64,000 bases of DNA from Eledone cirrhosa (Eukaryota), in NCBI GenBank assembly GCA_964016885.1, contig OZ024741.1, positions 209,064,001-209,128,000 on the forward strand. Reading direction: 5' to 3'. The notes beneath the pieces are model-generated. The model ran no database searches, was not told where the DNA came from, and worked only from the letters and a program-made list of their open reading frames with translations. Below, piece after piece: positions 43,901-59,398 of the stretch (position 1 is its first letter; the number at the start of each line of letters is the position of its first letter). The position numbers and the translations under genes were made by a program.

Positions 43901-46900
43901 CATACTAAGACACATAGTGTTGACAATCTTTCACAACATTGTCATACTAAGACACATAGTGTTGACAATCTCTCACAACATTGTCATACTAAGACACATA
44001 GTGTTGACAATCTTTCACAACATTGTCGTACTAAGACAGTTACTGTTGACAATCTTTCACAACATTGTCGTACTAAGACACATAGTGTTGACAATCTTTC
44101 ACAACATTGTCATACTAAGACACATACTGTTGACAATCTTTCACAACATTGTCATACTAAGACACATACTGTTGACAATCTTTCACAACATTGTCATACT
44201 AAGACACATAGTGTTGACAATCTTTCACAACATTGTCATACTAAGACATACTGTTGACAATCTTTCACAACATTGTCATACTAAGACACATAGTGTTGAC
44301 AATCTTTCACAACATTGTCATACTAAGACACATACTGTTTGCAATCTTTCACAACATTGTCATACTAAGACACATAGTGTTGACAATCTTTCACAACATT
44401 GTCATACTAAGACACATACTGTTGACAATCTTTCACAACATTGTCATACTAAGACACATAGTGTTGACAATCTTTCACAACATTGTCGTACTAAGACAGT
44501 TACTGTTGACAATCTTTCACAACATTGTCATACTAAGACAGTTACTGTTGACAATCTTTCACAACATTGTCGTACTAAGACACATACTGTTAACAATCTT
44601 TCACAACATTGTCATACTAAGACACATACTGTTAACAATCTTTCACAACATTGTCGTACTAAGACACATAGTGTTGACAATCTTTCACAACATTGTCATA
44701 CTAAGACACATAGTGTTGACAATCTTTCACAACATTGTCGTACTAAGACAGTTACTGTTGACAATCTTTCACAACATTGTCATACTAAGACAGTTACTGT
44801 TGACAATCTTTCACAACATTGTCGTACTAAGACACATAGTGTTGACAATCTTTCACAACATTGTCATACTAAGACACATACTGTTGACAATCTTTCACAA
44901 CATTGTCATACTAAGACACATACTGTTGACAATCTTTCACAACATTGTCATACTAAGACACATAGTGTTGACAATCTTTCACAACATTGTCATACTAAGA
45001 CACATAGTGTTGACAATCTTTCACAACATTGTCATACTAAGACACATAGTGTTGACAATCTTTCACAACATTGTCCTACTAAGACAGTTACTGTTGACAA
45101 TCTTTCACAACATTGTCGTACTAAGACAGTTACTGTTGACAATCTTTCACAACATTGTCGTACTAAGACAGTTACTGTTGACAATCTTTCATAACATTGT
45201 CGTACTAAGACACATACTGTTAACAATCTTTCACAACATTGTCATACTAAGACACATAGTGTTGACAATCTTTCACAACATTGTCATACTAAGACACATA
45301 CTGTTGACAATCTTTCACAACATTGTCATACTAAGACACATAGTGTTGACAATCTTTCACAACATTGTCATACTAAGACACATACTGTTGACAACCTTTC
45401 ACAACATTGTCATACTAAGACACATAGTGTTGACAATCTTTCACAACATTGTCATACTAAGACACATAGTGTTGACAATCTTTCACAACATTGTCATACT
45501 AAGACACATAGTGTTGACAATCTCTCACAACATTGTCATACTAAGACACATAGTGTTGACAATCTTTCACAACATTGTCGTACTAAGACAGTTACTGTTG
45601 ACAATCTTTCACAACATTGTCGTACTAAGACACATAGTGTTGACAATCTTTCACAACATTGTGATACTAAGACACATACTGTTGACAATCTTTCACAACA
45701 TTGTCATACTAAGACACATACTGTTGACAATCTTTCACAACATTGTCATACTAAGACACATAGTGTTGACAATCTTTCACAACATTGTCATACTAAGACA
45801 CATACTGTTGACAATCTTTCACAACATTGTCATACTAAGACACATACTGTTGACAATCTTTCACAACATTGTCATACTAAGACACATACTGTTGACAATC
45901 TTTCACAACATTGTCATACTAAGACACATAGTGTTGACAATCTTTCACAACATTGTCATACTAAGACACATACTGTTGACAATCTTTCACAACATTGTCA
46001 TACTAAGACACATAGTGTTGACAATCTTTCACAACATTGTCGTACTAAGACAGTTGCTGTTGACAATCTTTCACAACATTGTCATACTAAGACAGTTACT
46101 GTTGACAATCTTTCACAACATTGTCGTACTAAGACACATACTGTTGACAATCTTTCACAACATTGTCATACTAAGACACATACTGTTAACAATCTTTCAC
46201 AACATTGTCGTACTAAAGCACATAGGGTTGACAAGCTTTCACAACATTGTCATATTAAGGTACATACGGTTGACAATCTTTCACAACATTGTCATACTAA
46301 GACACATACTGTTGACAATCTTTCACAACATTGTCATACTAAGACACATACTGTTGACAATCTTTCACAACATTGTCATACTAAGACACATAGTGTTGAC
46401 AATCTTTCACAACATTGTCATACTAAGACACATACTGTTGACAATCTTTCACAACATTGTCATACTAAGACACATAGTGTTGACAATCTTTCACAACATT
46501 GTCATACTAAGACACATACTGTTGACAATCTTTCACAACATTGTCATACTAAGACACATACTGTTGACAATCTTTCACAACATTGTCATACTAAGACACA
46601 TAGTGTTGACAATCTTTCACAACATTGTCATACTAAGACACATACTGTTGACAATCTTTCACAACATTGTCATACTAAGACACATAGTGTTGACAATCTT
46701 TCACAACATTGTCATACTAAGACACATAGTGTTGACAATCTTTCACAACATTGTCATACTAAGACACATAGTGTTGACAATCTTTCACAACATTGTCATA
46801 CTAAGACACATACTGTTGACAATCTTTCACAACATTGTCGTACTAAGACACATAGTGTTGACAATCTTTCACAACATTGTCATACTAAGACACATAGGGT

Positions 46901-49900
46901 TGACAAGCTTTCACAACATTGTCATACTAAGACACATAGTGTTGACAATCTTTCACAACATTGTCATACTAAGACACATAGTGTTGACAATCTTTCACAA
47001 CATTGTCATACTAAGACACATAGGGTTGACAAGCTTTCACAACATTGTCATATTAAGGTACATACGGTTGACAATCTTTCACAACATTGTCATACTAAGA
47101 CACATAGTGTTGACAATCTTTCACAACATTGTCATACTAAGACACATAGTGTTGACAATCTTTCACAACATTGTCATACTAAGACACATAGTGTTGACAA
47201 TCTTTCACAACATTGTCATACTAAGACACATAGGGTTGACAAGCTTTCACAACATTGTCATACTAAGACACATAGTGTTGACAATCTTTCACAACATTGT
47301 CATACTAAGACACATAGTGTTGACAATCTTTCACAACATTGTCATACTAAGACACATTGGGTTGACAAGCTTTCACAACATTGTCATATTAAGGTACATA
47401 CGGTTGACAATCTTTCACAACATTGTCATACTAAGACACATAGTGTTGACAATCTTTCACAACATTGTCATACTAAGACACATAGTGTTGACAATCTTTC
47501 ACAACATTGTCATACTAAGACACATACTGTTGACAATCTTTCACAACATTGTCGTACTAAGACACATAGTGTTGACAATCTTTCACAACATTGTCATACT
47601 AAGACACATAGTGTTGACAATCTTTCACAACATTGTCATACTAAGACACATACTGTTGACAATCTTTCACAACATTGTCGTACTAAGACACATAGTGATG
47701 ACAATCTTTCACAACATTGTCATACTAAGACACATAGTGTTGACAATCTTTCACAACATTGTCGTACTAAGACAGTTACTGTTGACAATCTTTCACAACA
47801 TTGTCATACTAAGACAGTTACTGTTGACAATCTTTCACAACATTGTCATACTAAGACACATAGTGTTGACAATCTTTCACAACATTGTCATACTAAGACA
47901 CATACTGTTGACAATCTTTCACAACATTGTCGTACTAAGACACATAGTGTTGACAATCTTTCACAACATTGTCATACTAAGACACATAGTGTTGACAATC
48001 TTTCACAACATTGTCATACTAAGACACATACTGTTGACAATCTTTCACAACATTGTCGTACTAAGACACATAGTGTTGACAATCTTTCACAACATTGTCA
48101 TACTAAGACACATAGTGTTGACAATCTTTCACAACATTGTCGTACTAAGACAGTTACTGTTGACAATCTTTCACAACATTGTCATACTAAGACAGTTACT
48201 GTTGACAATCTTTCACAACATTGTCGTACTAAGACACATACTGTTAACAATCTTTCACAACATTGTCGTACTAAAGCACATAGGGTTGACAATCTTTCAC
48301 AACATTGTCATGTTAAGGTACATACGGTTGACAATCTTTCACAACATTGTCATACTAAGACACATAGTGTTGACAATCTTTCACAACATTGTCATACTAA
48401 GACACATAGTGTTGACAATCTTTCACAACATTGTCATACTAAGACACATACTGTTGACAATCTTTCACAACATTGTCGTACTAAGACACATAGTGTTGAC
48501 AATCTTTCACAACATTGTCATACTAAGACACATAGTGTTGACAATCTTTCACAACATTGTCATACTAAGACACATACTGTTGACAATCTTTCACAACATT
48601 GTCGTACTAAGACACATAGTGTTGACAATCTTTCACAACATTGTCATACTAAGACACATAGTGTTGACAATCTTTCACAACATTGTCGTACTAAGACAGT
48701 TACTGTTGACAATCTTTCACAACATTGTCATACTAAGACAGTTACTGTTGACAATCTTTCACAACATTGTCGTACTAAGACACATACTGTTAACAATCTT
48801 TCACAACATTGTCATACTAAGACACATACTGTTAACAATCTTTCACAACATTGTCGTACTAAGACACATAGTGTTGACAATCTTTCACAACATTGTCATA
48901 CTAAGACACATAGTGTTGACAATCTTTCACAACATTGTCGTACTAAGACAGTTACTGTTGACAATCTTTCACAACATTGTCATACTAAGACAGTTACTGT
49001 TGACAATCTTTCACAACATTGTCGTACTAAGACACATAGTGTTGACAATCTTTCACAACATTGTCATACTAAGACACATACTGTTGACAATCTTTCACAA
49101 CATTGTCATACTAAGACACATACTGTTGACAATCTTTCACAACATTGTCATACTAAGACACATAGTGTTGACAATCTTTCACAACATTGTCATACTAAGA
49201 CACATAGTGTTGACAATCTTTCACAACATTGTCATACTAAGACACATAATGTTGACAATCTTTCACAACATTGTCGTACTAAGACAGTTACTGTTGACAA
49301 TCTTTCACAACATTGTCGTACTAAGACAGTTACTGTTGACAATCTTTCACAACATTGTCGTACTAAGACACATACTGTTAACAATCTTTCACAACATTGT
49401 CATACTAAGACACATAGTGTTGACAATCTTTCACAACATTGTCATACTAAGACACATACTGTTGACAATCTTTCACAACATTGTCATACTAAGACACATA
49501 GTGTTGACAATCTTTCACAACATTGTCATACTAAGACACATACTGTTGACAATCTTTCACAACATTGTCATACTAAGACACATAGTGTTGACAATCTTTC
49601 ACAACATTGTCATACTAAGACACATACTGTTGACAATCTTTCACAACATTGTCATACTAAGACACATAGTGTTGACAATCTTTCACAACATTGTCGTACT
49701 AAGACAGTTACTGTTGACAATCTTTCACAACATTGTCATACTAAGACAGTTACTGTTGACAATCTTTCACAACATTGTCGTACTAAGACACATACTGTTA
49801 ACAATCTTTCACAACATTGTCATACTAAGACACATACTGTTAACAATCTTTCACAACATTGTCATACTAAGACACATAGTGTTGACAATCTTTCACAACA

Positions 49901-52900
49901 TTGTCATACTAAGACACATAGTGTTGACAATCTTTCACAACATTGTCATACTAAGACACATACTGTTGACAATCTTTCACAACATTGTCGTACTAAGACA
50001 CATAGTGTTGACAATCTTTCACAACATTGTCATACTAAGACACATAGTGTTGACAATCTTTCACAACATTGTCATACTAAGACACATACTGTTGACAATC
50101 TTTCACAACATTGTCGTACTAAGACACATAGTGTTGACAATCTTTCACAACATTGTCATACTAAGACACATAGTGTTGACAATCTTTCACAACATTGTGG
50201 TACTAAGACAGTTACTGTTGACAATCTTTCACAACATTGTCATACTAAGACAGTTACTGTTGACAATCTTTCACAACATTGTCGTACTAAGACACATACT
50301 GTTAACAATCTTTCACAACATTGTCGTACTAAAGCACATAGGGTTGACAAGCTTTCACAACATTGTCATATTAAGGTACATACGGTTGACAATCTTTCAC
50401 AACATTGTCATACTAAGACACATAGTGTTGACAATCTTTCACAACATTGTCATACTAAGACACATAGTGTTGACAATCTTTCACAACATTGTCATACTAA
50501 GACACATACTGTTGACAATCTTTCACAACATTGTCGTACTAAGACACATAGTGTTGACAATCTTTCACAACATTGTCATACTAAGACACATAGTGTTGAC
50601 AATCTTTCACAACGTTGTCATACTAAGACACATACTGTTGACAATCTTTCACAACATTGTCGTACTAAGACACATAGTGTTGACAATCTTTCACAACATT
50701 GTCATACTAAGACACATAGTGTTGACAATCTTTCACAACATTGTCGTACTAAGTCAGTTACTGTTGACAATCTTTCACAACATTGTCATACTAAGACAGT
50801 TACTGTTGACAATCTTTCACAACATTGTCGTACTAAGACACATACTGTTAACAATCTTTCACAACATTGTCATACTAAGACACATACTGTTAACAATCTT
50901 TCACAACATTGTCGTACTAAGACACATAGTGTTGACAATCTTTCACAACATTGTCATACTAAGACACATAGTGTTGACAATCTTTCACAACATTGTCGTA
51001 CTAAGACAGTTACTGTTGACAATCTTTCACAACATTGTCATACTAAGACACATACTGTTGACAATCTTTCACAACATTGTCATACTAAGACACATAGTGT
51101 TGACAATCTTTCACAACATTGTCATACTAAGACACATAGTGTTGACAATCTTTCACAACATTGTCATACTAAGACACATAGTGTTGACAATCTTTCACAA
51201 CATTGTCATACTAAGACACATAGTGTTGACAATCTTTCACAACATTGTCGTACTAAGACAGTTACTGTTGACAATCTTTCACAACATTGTCGTACTAAGG
51301 CACATAGTGTTGACAATCTTTCACAACATTGTCATACTAAGACACATACTGTTGACAATCTTTCACAACATTGTCATACTAAGACACATACTGTTGACAA
51401 TCTTTCACAACATTGTCATACTAAGACACATAGTGTTGACAATCTTTCACAACATTGTCATACTAAGACACATAGTGTTGACAATCTTTCACAACATTGT
51501 CATACTAAGACACATAGTGTTGACAATCTTTCACAACATTGTCGTACTAAGACAGTTACTGTTGACAATCTTTCACAACATTGTCGTACTAAGACAGTTA
51601 CTGTTGACAATCTTTCACAACATTGTCGTACTAAGACACATACTGTTAACAATCTTTCACAACATTGTCATACTAAGACACATAGTGTTGACAATCTTTC
51701 ACAACATTGTCATACTAAGACACATACTGTTGACAATCTTTCACAACATTGTCATACTAAGACACATAGTGTTGACAATCTTTCACAACATTGTCATACT
51801 AAGACACATACTGTTGACAATCTTTCACAACATTGTCATACTAAGACACATAGTGTTGACAATCTTTCACAACATTGTCATACTAAGACACATACTGTTG
51901 ACAATCTTTCACAACATTGTCATACTAAGACACATAGTGTTGACAATCTTTCACAACATTGTCGTACTAAGACAGTTACTGTTGACAATCTTTCACAACA
52001 TTGTCATACTAAGACAGTTACTGTTGACAATCTTTCACAACATTGTCGTACTAAGACACATACTGTTAACAATCTTTCACAACATTGTCATACTAAGACA
52101 CATACTGTTAACAATCTTTCACAACATTGTCATACTAAGACACATAGTGTTGACAATCTTTCACAACATTGTCATACTAAGACACATAGTGTTGACAATC
52201 TTTCACAACATTGTCATACTAAGACACATACTGTTGACAATCTTTCACAACATTGTCGTACTAAGACACATAGTGTTGACAATCTTTCACAACATTGTCA
52301 TACTAAGACACACAGTGTTGACAATCTTTCACAACATTGTCATACTAAGACACATACTGTTGACAATCTTTCACAACATTGTCGTACTAAGACACATAGT
52401 GTTGACAATCTTTCACAACATTGTCATACTAAGACACATAGTGTTGACAATCTTTCACAACATTGTCGTACTAAGACAGTTACTGTTGACAATCTTTCAC
52501 AACATTGTCATACTAAGACAGTTACTGTTGACAATCTTTCACAACATTGTCATACTAAGACACATAGTGTTGACAATCTTTCACAACATTGTCATACTAA
52601 GACACATACTGTTGACAATCTTTCACAACATTGTCGTACTAAGACACATAGTGTTGACAATCTTTCACAACATTGTCATACTAAGACACATAGTGTTGAC
52701 AATCTTTCACAACATTGTCATACTAAGACACATACTGTTGACAATCTTTCACAACATTGTCGTACTAAGACACATAGTGTTGACAATCTTTCACAACATT
52801 GTCATACTAAGACACATAGTGTTGACAATCTTTCACAACATTGTGGTACTAAGACAGTTACTGTTGACAATCTTTCACAACATTGTCATACTAAGACAGT

Positions 52901-55900
52901 TACTGTTGACAATCTTTCACAACATTGTCGTACTAAGACACATACTGTTAACAATCTTTCACAACATTGTCGTACTAAAGCACATAGGGTTGACAAGCTT
53001 TCACAACATTGTCATATTAAGGTACATACGGTTGACAATCTTTCACAACATTGTCATACTAAGACACATAGTGTTGACAATCTTTCACAACATTGTCATA
53101 CTAAGACACATAGTGTTGACAATCTTTCACAACATTGTCATACTAAGACACATACTGTTGACAATCTTTCACAACATTGTCGTACTATGACACATAGTGT
53201 TGACAATCTTTCACAACATTGTCATACTAAGACACATAGTGTTGACAATCTTTCACAACATTGTCATACTAAGACACATACTGTTGACAATCTTTCACAA
53301 CATTGTCGTACTAAGACACATAGTGTTGACAATCTTTCACAACATTGTCATACTAAGACACATAGTGTTGACAATCTTTCACAACATTGTCGTACTAAGA
53401 CAGTTACTGTTGACAATCTTTCACAACATTGTCATACTAAGACAGTTACTGTTGACAATCTTTCACAACATTGTCGTACTAAGACACATACTGTTAACAA
53501 TCTTTCACAACATTGTCATACTAAGACACATACTGTTAACAATCTTTCACAACATTGTCGTACTAAGACACATAGTGTTGACAATCTTTCACAACATTGT
53601 CATACTAAGACACATAGTGTTGACAATCTTTCACAACATTGTCGTACTAAGACAGTTACTGTTGACAATCTTTCACAACATTGTCATACTAAGACAGTTA
53701 CTGTTGACAATCTTTCACAACATTGTCGTACTAAGACACATAGTGTTGACAATCTTTCACAACATTGTCATACTAAGACACATACTGTTGACAATCTTTC
53801 ACAACATTGTCATACTAAGACACATACTGTTGACAATCTTTCACAACATTGTCATACTAAGACACATACTGTTGACAATCTTTCACAACATTGTCATACT
53901 AAGACACATAGTGTTGACAATCTTCACAACATTGTCATACTAAGACACATAGTGTTGACAATCTTTCACAACATTGTCGTACTAAGACAGTTACTGTTGA
54001 CAATCTTTCACAACATTGTCGTACTAAGACAGTTACTGTTGACAATCTTTCACAACATTGTCGTACTAAGACACATACTGTTAACAATCTTTCACAACAT
54101 TGTCATACTAAGACACATAGTGTTGACAATCTTTCACAACATTGTCATACTAAGACACATACTGTTGACAATCTTTCACAACATTGTCATACTAAGACAC
54201 ATAGTGTTGACAATCTTTCACAACATTGTCATACTAAGACACATACTGTTGACAATCTTTCACAACATTGTCATACTAAGACACATAGTGTTGACAATCT
54301 TTCACAACATTGTCATACTAAGACACATACTGTTGACAATCTTTCACAACATAGTCATACTAAGACACATAGTGTTGACAATCTTTCACAACATTGTCGT
54401 ACTAAGACAGTTACTGTTGACAATCTTTCACAACATTGTCATACTAAGACAGTTACTGTTGACAATCTTTCACAACATTGTCGTACTAAGACACATACTG
54501 TTAACAATCTTTCACAACATTGTCATACTAAGACACATACTGTTAACAATCTTTCACAACATTGTCGTACTAAGACACATAGTGTTGACAATCTTTCACA
54601 ACATTGTCATACTAAGACACATAGTGTTGACAATCTTTCACAACATAGTCGTACTAAGACAGTTACTGTTGACAATCTTTCACAACATTGTCATACTAAG
54701 ACAGTTACTGTTGACAATCTTTCACAACATTGTCGTACTAAGACACATAGTGTTGACAATCTTTCACAACATTGTCATACTAAGACACATACTGTTGACA
54801 ATCTTTCACAACATTGTCATACTAAGACACATACTGTTGACAATCTTTCACAACATTGTCATACTAAGACACATAGTGTTGACAATCTTTCACAACATTG
54901 TCGTACTAAGACAGTTACTGTTGACAATCTTTCACAACATTGTCATACTAAGACAGTTACTGTTGACAATCTTTCACAACATTGTCATACTAAGACACAT
55001 AGTGTTGACAATCTTTCACAACATTGTCATACTAAGACACATACTGTTGACAATCTTTCACAACATTGTCGTACTAAGACACATAGTGTTGACAATCTTT
55101 CACAACATTGTCATACTAAGACACATAGTGTTGACAATCTTTCACAACATTGTCATACTAAGACACATACTGTTGACAATCTTTCACAACATTGTCGTAC
55201 TAAGACACATAGTGTTGACAATCTTTCACAACATTGTCATACTAAGACACATAGTGTTGACAATCTTTCACAACATTGTGGTACTAAGACAGTTACTGTT
55301 GACAATCTTTCACAACATTGTCATACTAAGACAGTTACTGTTGACAATCTTTCACAACATTGTCGTACTAAGACACATACTGTTAACAATCTTTCACAAC
55401 ATTGTCGTACTAAAGCACATAGGGTTGACAAGCTTTCACAACATTGTCATATTAAGGTACATACGGTTGACAATCTTTCACAACATTGTCATACTAAGAC
55501 ACATAGTGTTGACAATCTTTCACAACATTGTCATACTAAGACACATAGTGTTGACAATCTTTCACAACATTGTCATACTAAGACACATACTGTTGACAAT
55601 CTTTCACAACATTGTCGTACTATGACACATAGTGTTGACAATCTTTCACAACATTGTCATACTAAGACACATAGTGTTGACAATCTTTCACAACATTGTC
55701 ATACTAAGACACATACTGTTGACAATCTTTCACAACATTGTCGTACTAAGACACATAGTGTTGACAATCTTTCACAACATTGTCATACTAAGACACATAG
55801 TGTTGACAATCTTTCACAACATTGTCGTACTAAGACAGTTACTGTTGACAATCTTTCACAACATTGTCATACTAAGACAGTTACTGTTGACAATCTTTCA

Positions 55901-58900
55901 CAACATTGTCGTACTAAGACACATACTGTTAACAATCTTTCACAACATTGTCATACTAAGACACATACTGTTAACAATCTTTCACAACATTGTCGTACTA
56001 AGACACATAGTGTTGACAATCTTTCACAACATTGTCATACTAAGACACATAGTGTTGACAATCTTTCACAACATTGTCGTACTAAGACAGTTACTGTTGA
56101 CAATCTTTCACAACATTGTCATACTAAGACAGTTACTGTTGACAATCTTTCACAACATTGTCGTACTAAGACACATAGTGTTGACAATCTTTCACAACAT
56201 TGTCATACTAAGACACATACTGTTGACAATCTTTCACAACATTGTCATACTAAGACACATACTGTTGACAATCTTTCACAACATTGTCATACTAAGACAC
56301 ATACTGTTGACAATCTTTCACAACATTGTCATACTAAGACACATAGTGTTGACAATCTTCACAACATTGTCATACTAAGACACATAGTGTTGACAATCTT
56401 TCACAACATTGTCGTACTAAGACAGTTACTGTTGACAATCTTTCACAACATTGTCGTACTAAGACAGTTACTGTTGACAATCTTTCACAACATTGTCGTA
56501 CTAAGACACATACTGTTAACAATCTTTCACAACATTGTCATACTAAGACACATAGTGTTGACAATCTTTCACAACATTGTCATACTAAGACACATACTGT
56601 TGACAATCTTTCACAACATTGTCATACTAAGACACATAGTGTTGACAATCTTTCACAACATTGTCATACTAAGACACATACTGTTGACAATCTTTCACAA
56701 CATTGTCATACTAAGACACATAGTGTTGACAATCTTTCACAACATTGTCATACTAAGACACATACTGTTGACAATCTTTCACAACATTGTCATACTAAGA
56801 CACATAGTGTTGACAATCTTTCACAACATTGTCATACTAAGACACATAGTGTTGACAATCTTTCACAACATAGTCGTACTAAGACAGTTACTGTTGACAA
56901 TCTTTCACAACATTGTCATACTAAGACAGTTACTGTTGACAATCTTTCACAACATTGTCGTACTAAGACACATAGTGTTGACAATCTTTCACAACATTGT
57001 CATACTAAGACACATACTGTTGACAATCTTTCACAACATTGTCATACTAAGACACATACTGTTGACAATCTTTCACAACATTGTCATACTAAGACACATA
57101 GTGTTGACAATCTTTCACAACATTGTCATACTAAGACACATAGTGTTGACAATCTCTCACAACATTGTCATACTAAGACACATAGTGTTGACAATCTTTC
57201 ACAACATTGTCGTACTAAGACAGTTACTGTTGACAATCTTTCACAACATTGTCGTACTAAGACACATAGTGTTGACAATCTTTCACAACATTGTCATACT
57301 AAGACACATACTGTTGACAATCTTTCACAACATTGTCATACTAAGACACATACTGTTGACAATCTTTCACAACATTGTCATACTAAGACACATAGTGTTG
57401 ACAATCTTTCACAACATTGTCATATTAAGACATACTGTTGACAATCTTTCACAACATTGTCATACTAAGACACATAGTGTTGACAATCTTTCACAACATT
57501 GTCATACTAAGACACATACTGTTGACAATCTTTCACAACATTGTCATACTAAGACACATAGTGTTGACAATCTTTCACAACATTGTCATACTAAGACACA
57601 TACTGTTGACAATCTTTCACAACATTGTCATACTAAGACACATAGTGTTGACAATCTTTCACAACATTGTCGTACTAAGACAGTTACTGTTGACAATCTT
57701 TCACAACATTGTCATACTAAGACAGTTACTGTTGACAATCTTTCACAACATTGTCGTACTAAGACACATACTGTTAACAATCTTTCACAACATTGTCATA
57801 CTAAGACACATACTGTTAACAATCTTTCACAACATTGTCGTACTAAGACACATAGTGTTGACAATCTTTCACAACATTGTCATACTAAGACACATAGTGT
57901 TGACAATCTTTCACAACATTGTCGTACTAAGACAGTTACTGTTGACAATCTTTCACAACATTGTCATACTAAGACAGTTACTGTTGACAATCTTTCACAA
58001 CATTGTCGTACTAAGACACATAGTGTTGACAATCTTTCACAACATTGTCATACTAAGACACATACTGTTGACAATCTTTCACAACATTGTCATACTAAGA
58101 CACATACTGTTGACAATCTTTCACAACATTGTCATACTAAGACACATAGTGTTGACAATCTTTCACAACATTGTCATACTAAGACACATAGTGTTGACAA
58201 TCTTTCACAACATTGTCATACTAAGACACATAGTGTTGACAATCTTTCACAACATTGTCCTACTAAGACAGTTACTGTTGACAATCTTTCACAACATTGT
58301 CGTACTAAGACAGTTACTGTTGACAATCTTTCACAACATTGTCGTACTAAGACAGTTACTGTTGACAATCTTTCACAACATTGTCGTACTAAGACACATA
58401 CTGTTAACAATCTTTCACAACATTGTCATACTAAGACACATAGTGTTGACAATCTTTCACAACATTGTCATACTAAGACACATACTGTTGACAATCTTTC
58501 ACAACATTGTCATACTAAGACACATAGTGTTGACAATCTTTCACAACATTGTCATACTAAGACACATACTGTTGACAATCTTTCACAACATTGTCATACT
58601 AAGACACATAGTGTTGACAATCTTTCACAACATTGTCATACTAAGACACATAGTGTTGACAATCTTTCACAACATTGTCATACTAAGACACATAGTGTTG
58701 ACAATCTCTCACAACATTGTCATACTAAGACACATAGTGTTGACAATCTTTCACAACATTGTCGTACTAAGACAGTTACTGTTGACAATCTTTCACAACA
58801 TTGTCGTACTAAGACACATAGTGTTGACAATCTTTCACAACATTGTGATACTAAGACACATACTGTTGACAATCTTTCACAACATTGTCATACTAAGACA

Positions 58901-59398
58901 CATACTGTTGACAATCTTTCACAACATTGTCATACTAAGACACATAGTGTTGACAATCTTTCACAACATTGTCATACTAAGACACATACTGTTGACAATC
59001 TTTCACAACATTGTCATACTAAGACACATACTGTTGACAATCTTTCACAACATTGTCATACTAAGACACATACTGTTGACAATCTTTCACAACATTGTCA
59101 TACTAAGACACATAGTGTTGACAATCTTTCACAACATTGTCATACTAAGACACATACTGTTGACAATCTTTCACAACATTGTCATACTAAGACACATAGT
59201 GTTGAAAATCTTTCACAACATTGTCGTACTAAGACAGTTGCTGTTGACAATCTTTCACAACATTGTCATACTAAGACAGTTACTGTTGACAATCTTTCAC
59301 AACATTGTCGTACTAAGACACATACTGTTGACAATCTTTCACAACATTGTCATACTAAGACACATACTGTTAACAATCTTTCACAACATTGTCGTACT
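4939..59398 (+). repeat. Four copies of a giant higher-order repeat (~13-14.2 kb; 338 monomers in the complete copy)
   Basis: Marker AAAGCACATAGGGTTGACAAGC heads copies at 4939, 19047, 33239 and 46215 (periods 14108, 14192, 12976). ORF-track landmarks recur at 11879/26071/40263 and 17864/32056/45032/58216. 14192 = 338x42 - 4. Confidence 0.93.
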
